The notes beneath the pieces are model-generated. The model was not told the origin of the DNA and did not search any database. It saw only the letters and a program-made list of their open reading frames with translations. Below are positions 18,951 to 27,903 of a stretch of 33,112 nucleotides of DNA, piece by piece. This DNA comes from a virus. The translations under genes were made by a program, and so were the position numbers. Location of the stretch: the IMG/VR virus record IMGVR_UViG_3300001865_000264. The stretch is one strand, 5' to 3'. Numbering within the stretch: position 1 is the first letter of the stretch; every line of letters begins with the position of its first letter.

Positions 18951-20413
18951 GCAATTATTCTCCTTTTAGGTCGTAACCAATACCTAGCTGTTCCTGTACA
19001 CGTATCAACAATATCATCTTCTCCACCCTCTTCACCTGTAAAAGCAACTAACTGATCAACAACTTTTTCATTCCATTGAGCTTTAACCATCTTAATACGT
19101 CTATCTTCAGCTAAACCTTCCAAATCAAATGCCCTAACCTTTTTACTTTTATTCACTTTATCAGAACGAATGGAGTAACCTTTTAATTCTTCATCCCGCC
19201 GGAATTTATCTATTAAAATTTTAGAACCACTTCCAGGTTCCTGTTCAACTCTTATCACAGTTCTCTTACCATCTTTGTGAGCTATGCGTGGAAATGTTCT
19301 AAGAAGTTTAGAACTTGTGTATTTACCATGAATTAAGTCTAAAAAATAGAGGATATTACCATCCCAAGATGAAAGCAAGCCACTTGTACCATCACCTGCA
19401 TCTCCACTAGCTCCAAAGTCCCAGTAACGTAAAGTTGGCAGGTCTTTTGGAAGTTTAGATAAGGGGATAGTGCATGTGAGTTTACGTGTGGTGGGGTCTT
19501 CAAACCATTCACGTTTGAAGATGTCTCCATCTCTTTCGGCTGGATTTCCTTGGTAAATAGCATTAAAAAGATAGCTGCCCATTGCTTTTTTCTCAGCCAT
19601 GAGCCAGTCATAGCTTCTTTGTTCAGGCCATAATACATCTCCAACCCTTCGACCTAATAGGTCCTGTTCAGGGTCTTCACAGATTGCAGGTAAGTTAAGA
19701 TCCACCCACACATTAGGATCTATACTGCCCCCATTTCTGAGGATTTTAAGGGCTTCTTTAGCAGAAATGGTTGGTTCAGTTTCTTTAATGATACCATGAA
19801 GATCTTTTAAGTGTAAACGTTGTGCAATAACAATCATGATCGGTGGCAGACCATTAGTCCGTTTCTCTAAACGGGTTTTAGCTGTTCCACCAATCCATTC
19901 ACGTAATTTTCTTTGTAAAGTTTTACTTTCAGCCTCAGCAACACTTTTAATCGGATCATCAATAATGAACAAACCTGCACCAAAACCAAGAATACTACCT
20001 GCAGCTCCAACACTGAGCATCCGGCCACGGTACGGTTTTTGAATGTTAAAACGATTATTTGCTTTACTATCATCAGCTAATCTGACATTATATGGGCTTA
20101 AGTGCCCATACATGTTGATTATGTCTTTAACTTGCCTACCAAATTCACTGGCAAGCTGTTGACTGTAACTAGATAAAATTATATTGTCATCAGGAAAATG
20201 AGCTAGAAAATAAGATGCAAAATTTTTACTTACCAAGGTACTTTTCCCATGCCTGGAAGGAACCCCCAAGAGGATTTTACTAACTCTACCCTGAAGAGCA
20301 TAATTTAAAAATTCAATAATTAAAATATCAAAATTTCGAGGTTGCCAACGTCCCTCATTAATCAATATTGACCATCGAGGGAGTCCTAAGATGCCATGTT
20401 CCACATCTAACAA
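18947..20413 (-). CDS. terL: Terminase large subunit
   Basis: Walker A-like VPSRHGKST, Walker B IIDDPIK, AIYQGNP, RYWDFG, VEQEPGSGSK, EDDIVD nuclease motif; 4-nt overlap with portal. Confidence 0.95.
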   Translation of the reverse strand: MLDVEHGILGLPRWSILINEGRWQPRNFDILIIEFLNYALQGRVSKILLGVPSRHGKSTLVSKNFASYFLAHFPDDNIILSSYSQQLASEFGRQVKDIINMYGHLSPYNVRLADDSKANNRFNIQKPYRGRMLSVGAAGSILGFGAGLFIIDDPIKSVAEAESKTLQRKLREWIGGTAKTRLEKRTNGLPPIMIVIAQRLHLKDLHGIIKETEPTISAKEALKILRNGGSIDPNVWVDLNLPAICEDPEQDLLGRRVGDVLWPEQRSYDWLMAEKKAMGSYLFNAIYQGNPAERDGDIFKREWFEDPTTRKLTCTIPLSKLPKDLPTLRYWDFGASGDAGDGTSGLLSSWDGNILYFLDLIHGKYTSSKLLRTFPRIAHKDGKRTVIRVEQEPGSGSKILIDKFRRDEELKGYSIRSDKVNKSKKVRAFDLEGLAEDRRIKMVKAQWNEKVVDQLVAFTGEEGGEDDIVDTCTGTARYWLRPKRRIIA

Positions 20414-20422
20414 ACCCCTATT

Positions 20423-21034
20423 CTACCCTTTTCTCTTTTCAATAAGCTTTTTAGCAAATTCCAATTCTTTATCCATCAGATTAGGATCAAGTATAGAACC
20501 CTCAACACCATCAACACGAACATCATTATCACTCTTAGTAATCTCAGAAGGCTCACCAGCTGCTAACTTACTCACCTTCTGAGCAGACTCCAAAGCCTTA
20601 CCCAAATTCATAAGCTGATAACCAGCACTCTTAACACCCTTAATAACAGTTCCATCATCCAAAACCTTAAGGATCTGATCACCATCAAAGATCTTCTGGA
20701 TCTCACGTGTAGCAGCACGACGCAACAGGTTAGCTGCTCTGTTGAACTTAATGTCTTCAACTATGATCTCTTCAGCTTCAAGATCACTAATTTCCTCATC
20801 TTTCTTTTTAGCCGCAACCTTCTGTGACACCTTCCGCTTGTAATCTTCCCTTCTTTGCCTCCAATTCCATTTTCTCGCTTTTTGCTTTAAACTATCATAA
20901 CTAACGTTATAATACTCTGAAGCGTCTTTAAGGGTTGGATATACCTTTACACCGTCATCATCACGGTATCCTCGGACCATATCATTTTCTATCTTCTCAG
21001 CAATATCCTGAGAAAGAGTGTTTTTGGCAGCCAT
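20423..21034 (-). CDS. terS: Terminase small subunit
   Basis: Directly upstream of TerL; HTH PTLKDASEYYNVSYDSLKQKARKWNW then helical oligomerisation region. Confidence 0.75.
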   Translation of the reverse strand: MAAKNTLSQDIAEKIENDMVRGYRDDDGVKVYPTLKDASEYYNVSYDSLKQKARKWNWRQRREDYKRKVSQKVAAKKKDEEISDLEAEEIIVEDIKFNRAANLLRRAATREIQKIFDGDQILKVLDDGTVIKGVKSAGYQLMNLGKALESAQKVSKLAAGEPSEITKSDNDVRVDGVEGSILDPNLMDKELEFAKKLIEKRKG

Positions 21035-21087
21035 TTAGTGATCACTTTTTGAAAATTTAGTGAAAAATTAGTGAAGTATCTTAGTGA

Positions 21088-21369
21088 CTATTTTATCAGC
21101 ACGGTTACGAAGGTTATTAGTAGTCCTGCTATGATGTACCATAATCTGTTTTCTAGTCCTGTGAGTCTTTTTTCTAGTTTACTATCTTCTAGTTTGAGGT
21201 TGCCATTGGTGGTTCTTTTTTCTGCCATGAAGTCTATGACTTTTTCTTTCCAGGAGAAAAATGAATCCCATCGTTTTTCATGGATACAGATATGTTCTGT
21301 TCCAGTGTAATGACTGTTTTGTGTGTAGTTACGTGAGTTTCCTGGTTCGTCTTTGAGTCGAGGAGCCAT
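21088..21369 (-). CDS. Coiled-coil protein with C-terminal TM helix (XhlA/holin-like architecture)
   Basis: KLEKRLTGLENRLWYIIAGLLITFVTVLIK; AGGAGGAG RBS. Confidence 0.7.
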   Translation of the reverse strand: MAPRLKDEPGNSRNYTQNSHYTGTEHICIHEKRWDSFFSWKEKVIDFMAEKRTTNGNLKLEDSKLEKRLTGLENRLWYIIAGLLITFVTVLIK

Positions 21370-21386
21370 AGGTTAACTCCTCCTTT

Positions 21387-21536
21387 TTATGCTGTTTTTA
21401 GTTGGTTTGCACCAAGGAAACCTATGAGTCCACCAACTCCTGCTGTTGCAAGTTCTGCCTGACCTTTGAGTAATGCTACTGCACTTATTATTCCCACTAT
21501 GGCCACTATTTCTATCTGTACTTTTACGTCCATCAT
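21387..21536 (-). CDS. 49-aa two-helix membrane protein, holin candidate, missing from the ORF track
   Basis: MMDVKVQIEIVAIVGIISAVALLKGQAELATAGVGGLIGFLGANQLKTA; GGAGATGA RBS; ends just before the next RBS. Confidence 0.75.
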   Translation of the reverse strand: MMDVKVQIEIVAIVGIISAVALLKGQAELATAGVGGLIGFLGANQLKTA

Positions 21537-21902
21537 TTTCATCTCCATTTTTTTGTTTAGATAAAAGGTTTAAATTGTGAAAAATTGTGGAAAAATAGGA
21601 TTTAACTGAAAAATTAGGTTCTTTTAAAAAAAATATGGGAAGGTAAAGTTCATGCTTCAAACTTCATGAGATCCTTACCATTTAGGTGTTCGAAAGGTTC
21701 AGCCCCATAATTTTTTTTCTAATCAAATACTAAAATGATTTGATTAACGTGAAGGTTTTAAAGGTCCCATACTGTAAAAAGAAGTCCCATTTCAAGTTTT
21801 GGTGATATACAATAATTTCTGATGGAAGTTTTACTCATATGGCTAATTGAAGATAAGATACAATTTCCTTCATTTTCACAGTACAGGACCCAATAAAAAA
21901 TT

Positions 21903-22436
21903 TTATTTTATGTAACTTGTGAGTTGATGAGGATCCTTATAATAACGTGGTGTATAATAAAATCCAATAACACGTGTTCCACTCTTTCTAAAGCTGAACA
22001 CTAATTCAGAGTCAAAATTATAACCAAAAGGATAATTCAATTTAATGTTTTCTGGAATGAATCCTGGAGGTCCGTCCAAAACAAGGCCACATCCTCTGCA
22101 GATAGTTTCATCATGCTTAAAATCATGCTCAAAAACTGTGGATCCACATTCAGGACACTTATCCTTACGTTCAACTTTAGGATCTTCCTTTGTCAATTCC
22201 TTCAAAGTATAAGATAATGCACCTGCAGCTCCTTTTAGGTAAAGTCCACAGTGTGGGCAAGTCCATATAATAGCTCGGTGAATAAATGGTTTCTTACAAT
22301 CAGGACAATAACCAGCTTTTACGGTTTTTATCCAGTCTTCATCCCATTGATACTTGTAAACTTTTTTAGTAAGGAGGTGGATGCCCGGGGTGAGGACATC
22401 CACATTGTTGCTCTGGGGACATTTAGACTCCATCAT
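21903..22436 (-). CDS. Double Zn-ribbon protein including a TFIIB/TFB-type ribbon; candidate late transcription regulator
   Basis: CPDC..CPHC and KCPECGSTVFEHDFKHDETICRGCGLVLD, which follows the TFB N-terminal ribbon pattern; last gene before the late operon. Confidence 0.75.
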   Translation of the reverse strand: MMESKCPQSNNVDVLTPGIHLLTKKVYKYQWDEDWIKTVKAGYCPDCKKPFIHRAIIWTCPHCGLYLKGAAGALSYTLKELTKEDPKVERKDKCPECGSTVFEHDFKHDETICRGCGLVLDGPPGFIPENIKLNYPFGYNFDSELVFSFRKSGTRVIGFYYTPRYYKDPHQLTSYIK

Positions 22437-22801
22437 TCATGTCCGTCTCCACTGAATACAGGATCTAAGGTTGAGGAATTATGGTATAGTTCTTCCTCAA
22501 TTATAGGTCTAGACACTATTTTCTTCAAACCAAGACGATTCATCTCCCTACGAATCAACACTAATTCCTCTGTAAAACTCTCTTTTCTATGAATAGAAGA
22601 ACCTGAACCACTGGACCCTAATTTTTTAAGATTTATCTTCTCATGATTTTTACGATAATATTCATTCCAATATTGCCGTTTCACTTCCTTCCTATGCTCC
22701 TTATAACACTCAACACCATCATCATTAACCACATGATAACGCTGATTACCATGCCTCAAAACAGTTATAGGCTTACCACACCACTCACAAATCCTCTCCA
22801 T
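22433..22801 (-). CDS. Hypothetical Zn-finger-like protein
   Basis: ICEWCGKPI...RYH...C then charged helix; ATGA overlap with the next gene. Confidence 0.7.
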   Translation of the reverse strand: MERICEWCGKPITVLRHGNQRYHVVNDDGVECYKEHRKEVKRQYWNEYYRKNHEKINLKKLGSSGSGSSIHRKESFTEELVLIRREMNRLGLKKIVSRPIIEEELYHNSSTLDPVFSGDGHE

Positions 22802-22918
22802 AAATAAAAATATAGAATTAAAAAGAATAAATAAAAATACGAGAAGAAAAATAGAAAAATAATAGGTTTAAAGATTGTTTTTTAGGATGCATTTTTAGGA
22901 AATATAAAAATGGAATTC

Positions 22919-22930
22919 TTTATTAATATA
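22919..22930 (+). promoter_or_regulatory. Putative TATA box giving a leaderless transcript of the RM gene
   Basis: TTTATTAATATA centred about 25 nt before ATG 22950, no RBS. Confidence 0.45.
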
Positions 22931-22949
22931 ATCAATATTAGTTGATATT

Positions 22950-25664
22950 ATGCCTATTAGTTGGAATGAAATCAAAAGTAATGCATTAGAATTTTCTAAA
23001 GAATGGGAAAATGAAACCCGTGAACATGCTGAAGCTAAATCATTTTGGGATGATTTTTTTAAAGTTTTTGGATTACCCCGAAGAAGAGTAGCAATATTTG
23101 AAAAACATGTCAAAAAATTGGGAAATAAAGATGGTTTTATTGACTTATTTTGGCCAGGGACCTTATTAGTAGAGCATAAATCCAAAGGAAAAAATTTAGA
23201 TAAAGCTTTTGATCAATCTATAAACTATTTTGAAGGAATAGAAGAATATGAACTTCCAAAATATGTGATAGTAACTGATTTTTATAAAATGAGAGTTTAT
23301 GACCTTGAAGAAGATACTGAAAAAGAATTTAAATTGAAAAACTTAGTAGATAATGTTCATTTATTTGGTTTTATTGCAGGATACCAAAAAAGGACTTATA
23401 AAGAATCGGATCCTGTTAATATAGATGCTGCAGAATTAATGGGGAAATTACATGATCGCTTAAAAGATAATGGGTATACAGGTCATCATCTAGAAGTTTA
23501 CTTAGTAAGATTGTTATTCTGTTTATTTGCAGATGATACAGGAATATTTCAAAAAGATATATTTTTAGATTTCATTCAAAATAGAACAGCTCCCGATGGA
23601 TCTGATTTAGGGAGTAAATTAACAGAATTATTCCAATATTTAAACACTCCTGAAGATAAACGCCCTAAAACGTTAGATGAATCAATAAATGAATTTCCTT
23701 ATATTAATGGAGGGTTGTTTGAAGAACAATTACCTGTAGCTTCTTTTGACAAAAAGATGCGTAGGGTACTCTTTGAATCCTGTTATTTAGATTGGGGTAA
23801 AGTTTCACCAGCTATCTTTGGTTCCTTATTTCAGTCAGTCATGGACACTGAACTTAGAAGAAACTTAGGAGCGCATTACACTTCTGAAAAAAATATATTA
23901 AAACTAATTAATCCACTATTCATGGATAGTCTCTGGACTGAATTCCATAGCGTTAAGCATAATATTAATCGTTTAAAAGAATTTCATGAAAAAATATCCA
24001 AATTAAAATTCTTTGATCCTGCATGCGGATGTGGAAACTTTCTAATTATTGCTTATAGAGAACTGAGATTATTGGAAACAGAGATCATTAAAATTTTATA
24101 CTCCCATCCAGATGGAGATATTCAGCAGTCATTCCATAGCCAAGATCTTTCAAAAATAGATGTGGATTCATTTTACGGCATTGAAATAGAAGAATTTCCT
24201 GCCCGTATAGCTGAAGTATCCATGTGGATGATGGATCATCTAATGAATCGGGAACTATCACTTGCGATAGGACATAATAATGTAAGATTACCTCTTAAAA
24301 ACTCAGCTAATATCTATATTAAAAATGCTTTAAGGGTTGATTGGAATTCAATTATTCATCCATCTGAATTGTCTTATATTATTGGTAATCCTCCATTTTC
24401 AGGTAAACATCTTCAGGATATTAGTCAAAAAGAGGATATGGATCTTGTTTTTGAGGGTGTTAAAGGATATAAAGTGTTGGATTATGTGGCTTCATGGTAT
24501 ATTAAAGCAGCTAAATACATACAAAACACAGATATCAAAGTAGCTTTTGTTTCAACTAACTCGATAACTCAGGGGGAACAAGTGGGTATTTTGTGGAATG
24601 AGCTTTATAATTATAATATTAAGATTCATTTTGCTCATAGAACTTTTAAATGGACTAATGAAGCTCGAGGAAATGCAGGGGTTTACGTAGTAATTATTGG
24701 ATTTGCTAATTTTGATACAAAACAAAAATTTATTTTTGAATATGAAAAACCTACATCAGACCCTCATGAATTAAAAGTTAAGAATATTAACCCATATCTG
24801 TTAGAAGGAACTGATTTAATCATCCTTAAAAGGAGTAAAACTATCTCCAATGTTCCTAAAATCATGTTTGGGAGTAAACCTGTAGATGATGGAAATTTAT
24901 TATTAAATGAAGAAGAACGGTTGGAATTGATAACTAAAGAGCCAAAATCTGAAAAATATATAAAACCTTTACTTAAAGGAAAAGATTATTTGCATAATAA
25001 AAGTAGTTGGTGTTTATGGTTGTTAACTATCTCTCCAAAAGAATTAAAAGATATGCCCCTAGTTTATGAAAGAGTTAAAAAAGTGAGAGATTTTAGATTA
25101 TCAAGTAAAAAAGCAAAAACCAGAGAAAATGCGGATAATCCCACAGTTTTTGCTGAACTACGTCAACCAGAAAGTAATTTTATAATAATTCCTTTAACTA
25201 CTTCTGAAAATAGAAAATATATTCCCTTATCATTCTTTAGCAAAGATTATATTGTTAACAATACTGTTAGTTATGTCCCAAATGCAAATCTTTACCATTT
25301 TGGAGTTTTATCATCAGTAATGCACATGACATGGATGAGATATGTTGCAGGAAGATTAGAAAGCAGATATAGATATTCTAACCAGATTGTGTACAATAAT
25401 TTTCCATGGCCACTAAATCCAACTCAAAAAGAAATTGAAAATATTAAATTAAAATCTCAAAAAATATTAGAGATTAGAAAAGAATTTCCAGATAGTTCTT
25501 TAGCTGATTTATATGATCGAATAGCTATGCCTCCAAAGTTAAGAAAAGCTCATAAGGAATTAGATAAAGCTGTGGATAAAGCATATGGGAAAAAATTTGA
25601 TAATGAATTTAATCGAATGAAATTCTTATTTGAGCTTTATGAGAAATACATTGAAATGAATTAA
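22950..25664 (+). CDS. MmeI-family type IIL restriction-modification enzyme (fused endonuclease, m6A methyltransferase, specificity domain)
   Basis: MPISWNEIK..A..FSKEW N terminus; GFIDLFWPGTLLVEHKS (D...ExK nuclease); FPYINGGLF; GAHYTSEKNI; FFDPACGCGNFL (motif I); IIGNPPF (motif IV); WMRYVAGRLESRYRYSNQIVYNNFPWP; LADLYD..MP..L.KAH..LD.AVD.AYG. Confidence 0.95.
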   Translation: MPISWNEIKSNALEFSKEWENETREHAEAKSFWDDFFKVFGLPRRRVAIFEKHVKKLGNKDGFIDLFWPGTLLVEHKSKGKNLDKAFDQSINYFEGIEEYELPKYVIVTDFYKMRVYDLEEDTEKEFKLKNLVDNVHLFGFIAGYQKRTYKESDPVNIDAAELMGKLHDRLKDNGYTGHHLEVYLVRLLFCLFADDTGIFQKDIFLDFIQNRTAPDGSDLGSKLTELFQYLNTPEDKRPKTLDESINEFPYINGGLFEEQLPVASFDKKMRRVLFESCYLDWGKVSPAIFGSLFQSVMDTELRRNLGAHYTSEKNILKLINPLFMDSLWTEFHSVKHNINRLKEFHEKISKLKFFDPACGCGNFLIIAYRELRLLETEIIKILYSHPDGDIQQSFHSQDLSKIDVDSFYGIEIEEFPARIAEVSMWMMDHLMNRELSLAIGHNNVRLPLKNSANIYIKNALRVDWNSIIHPSELSYIIGNPPFSGKHLQDISQKEDMDLVFEGVKGYKVLDYVASWYIKAAKYIQNTDIKVAFVSTNSITQGEQVGILWNELYNYNIKIHFAHRTFKWTNEARGNAGVYVVIIGFANFDTKQKFIFEYEKPTSDPHELKVKNINPYLLEGTDLIILKRSKTISNVPKIMFGSKPVDDGNLLLNEEERLELITKEPKSEKYIKPLLKGKDYLHNKSSWCLWLLTISPKELKDMPLVYERVKKVRDFRLSSKKAKTRENADNPTVFAELRQPESNFIIIPLTTSENRKYIPLSFFSKDYIVNNTVSYVPNANLYHFGVLSSVMHMTWMRYVAGRLESRYRYSNQIVYNNFPWPLNPTQKEIENIKLKSQKILEIRKEFPDSSLADLYDRIAMPPKLRKAHKELDKAVDKAYGKKFDNEFNRMKFLFELYEKYIEMN

Positions 25665-25672
25665 TATTCCAA

Positions 25673-25972
25673 TTAAATATTTACATATCTCCAGTGTATA
25701 CGATCTTGTTTTGTTCTTTTATCATATTTCTTAGTGGGCTTGAACCATGGATATTCTGCCATTTTTCTCCCTATACGTTTTGGATTTAGTTTATAATCCT
25801 CATGGAGGCATCCTTTGTCTTTTAGGGATTGGAGTATTTCTTTTGCTGTGGCTTCTCCGTGGCGGGCTTCGTTTTTTAGGTAGTATTTTTCATATTTTTC
25901 CAGGGTTTTCTCATTTTTAACTATTTGGTTCCAGGTTTCCTTGGGTTGTAAGAGTTTTTCCTGCACTTCCAT
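25673..25972 (-). CDS. Hypothetical basic protein, possible winged-helix DNA binder
   Basis: ATAKEILQSL...LNPKRIGRKM...F then a beta-hairpin-like tail. Confidence 0.6.
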   Translation of the reverse strand: MEVQEKLLQPKETWNQIVKNEKTLEKYEKYYLKNEARHGEATAKEILQSLKDKGCLHEDYKLNPKRIGRKMAEYPWFKPTKKYDKRTKQDRIHWRYVNI

Positions 25973-26107
25973 GATTAAACAACTCCTAAAATAGTATTTA
26001 AAAGTTCAAAAATGGTTTTATAAAAAATTAGGCTAAATAAAAAATAAAATTTTCTAAAAAAATAAAACAATTAACTAAACTTCTTATCTTAACTAGTCAC
26101 GGAAATA

Positions 26108-26116
26108 TTTAATATA
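26108..26116 (+). promoter_or_regulatory. Putative BRE/TATA, leaderless transcript
   Basis: GGAAA followed by TTTAATATA starting 26 nt before ATG 26134; no RBS. Confidence 0.45.
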
Positions 26117-26133
26117 AAAACATAAAATTAATT

Positions 26134-27105
26134 ATGAACTCCTATCTTGAACCACTAAAAAATGATGAAATTAAAGATTCAATTAAAGAACTTGCTAAAA
26201 TTGATGAATATTCTGTAGTTATTACTCTTATTGATGGCAAACTTTTGTTTGGAGATTTGAGGCCTAACTTCCAATTTTTTGATGAATTACCCGATGAAAA
26301 CAAGTGGTGGGTTGCAAAAGAAGAAGATAATTATTATATAGCAATTGAACTTCAGCCTAAATTGTTATTTTTTAACACAGAAGCTGGTGAAAAATTTGGG
26401 TCTTCATATTGTATAAACTTAAATACGGATATAATTTCAGATATTAAACCGTTAAATTGGGTAAAAAATTTAATACCTCTACGGTGGATTCCAAATCCTT
26501 ATGCGAAATTAATTTGTAAAAATAATATTGAAGTTATAGAGCATCATGGCCTAGAAATATTGTATTATTCTGAAAAAAGTTTATCTCCATCACAAATTCC
26601 TCCTGAAGGAATTCAGTTTAATTTAGATGAAATTATTTATGTTGATTGGGAATTTCTCTCCAGAATATCAGGGGGTAGTAATGGTTCGATAGGTGCAATG
26701 GGCATTGGTTTTAAACCTGCAAGAACTCTATACCAATTAGCCGCAGATAAACTTAAAAATGGAAGTATTGAAAAAATAATTAATTTTCTCCCAACAAACA
26801 CAAATCTCACAGATAAAAGAATATGTGGTTATATAGTAACATTAAATGAAGATATAAGTACTGTTATAGAAGGTGAAGAGGGTATAATTATTTTATGTTG
26901 TGAAAAACAAAAGTTTAGTAAAGAAGAGAAATTTTTACCCATATTCCTGAAAAAAAAATCTATTTGCTACCCCAGAGAGTATTTACCTTACATAAAATCA
27001 AAAATGGTTTTTTATGGGGAAATAAAGCAAATACCATTTAATGAACAAAAAATCTCATCAAACACGATTTTAATGGCAAGAGCAATTGGATATGTTAAAA
27101 AATAA
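26134..27105 (+). CDS. AT-rich cargo protein of unknown function, possible Sm-like N-terminal domain
   Basis: 323-aa open frame with own promoter; VVITLIDGKLLFGDL resembles Sm motif 1. Confidence 0.75.
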   Translation: MNSYLEPLKNDEIKDSIKELAKIDEYSVVITLIDGKLLFGDLRPNFQFFDELPDENKWWVAKEEDNYYIAIELQPKLLFFNTEAGEKFGSSYCINLNTDIISDIKPLNWVKNLIPLRWIPNPYAKLICKNNIEVIEHHGLEILYYSEKSLSPSQIPPEGIQFNLDEIIYVDWEFLSRISGGSNGSIGAMGIGFKPARTLYQLAADKLKNGSIEKIINFLPTNTNLTDKRICGYIVTLNEDISTVIEGEEGIIILCCEKQKFSKEEKFLPIFLKKKSICYPREYLPYIKSKMVFYGEIKQIPFNEQKISSNTILMARAIGYVKK

Positions 27106-27135
27106 ATATAAAAAATAAGCAACACCCCCAGAAAA

Positions 27136-27588
27136 TTAAATGGTTACTTGGTTTAGTATTTCTGGTTGTGGGTCTGTGTGGTACTTCACAAATTTCTCAT
27201 GGTATTCCATGGGGATTGCTTTTTTAAGCTCTGCCAAACTTACGTCATGGAGCTCTGCAATTGTTCCCATTTTGTCCAGTCCTATGTATCCTAGGTTTTC
27301 TATGATGTTGATGCAGATTTCTGCTACTTCTTCTATGGTTTTGTTATCGTTTATGTTGATTTGTTCTTGTAGTTCTAGTTCTGTGTCGTATTCTTTCATG
27401 AGTGCTTTTCTGCGTTCATCAAGTTCTTCTATTTCTAGTTTGAGGAGTTCTGCCCTGTTACTGACGGTGATTCTTCTGCGTAGATAGTTTTCGTAGTCCT
27501 TTGTTCGGTCTTTTATTATGGCTTTAGATTTTCTGTAGAGATCGTAGTCAATTTTCATGTAGATTCCTTTGTATTTTTTATTTGCCAA
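27136..27588 (-). CDS. Putative ribbon-helix-helix plus coiled-coil protein
   Basis: KGIYMKIDYDLYRKSK strand-helix pattern; TTG 27588 behind GAGGAGG; coiled coil ELLKLEIEELDERRKALMKE. Confidence 0.65.
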   Translation of the reverse strand: MANKKYKGIYMKIDYDLYRKSKAIIKDRTKDYENYLRRRITVSNRAELLKLEIEELDERRKALMKEYDTELELQEQININDNKTIEEVAEICINIIENLGYIGLDKMGTIAELHDVSLAELKKAIPMEYHEKFVKYHTDPQPEILNQVTI

Positions 27589-27901
27589 CCTGTAATGCCT
27601 CCTCAACTATAGATCCTAATGTGCCTTGTGTTCCTATTTCTCGTAGTTGTGATAATTTGAATAGTGCGGCGTAGCAATGGCTGCAGAGGAAACTGCCACC
27701 CACTTTTGCTGCATGCTTCCACCTGTAATGCCAATCTTCACATACATTACATTTAATTCCGTCTTCATTGATGGATACTAGGTACTCTGTTTTGCCTGAT
27801 TTTACATTGAATTGGATTTCATTTTCATCCTGGAAGATCAGATCCACATTGCCCCTTCGGTATAAAGTGAATCCTTTTTGGATACGATTGAGGGTAGACA
27901 T
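27578..27901 (-). CDS. SWIM-like Zn-finger protein
   Basis: FNVKSGKTEYLVSI...IKCNVCEDW...CSHCYAA. Confidence 0.7.
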   Translation of the reverse strand: MSTLNRIQKGFTLYRRGNVDLIFQDENEIQFNVKSGKTEYLVSINEDGIKCNVCEDWHYRWKHAAKVGGSFLCSHCYAALFKLSQLREIGTQGTLGSIVEEALQVGK

Positions 27902-27903
27902 GC

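Noticed and set aside
755-20582. Many 60-150 aa ORFs antisense to or nested in structural genes (e.g. 755-1096, 9339-9785, 14241-14708, 8046-8255, 19339-19644)
   Set aside because: Shadow frames of well-supported genes, with no RBS or motifs.
21373-21660. 95-aa track ORF MKHELY...
   Set aside because: No RBS and an odd composition; a different frame (21387-21536) has an RBS and a coherent membrane protein.
21683-21710. tRNA-like fragment GTGTTCGAAAGGTTCAGCCCCA as a possible att core
   Set aside because: No T-arm stem or cloverleaf can be folded and no second copy is visible.
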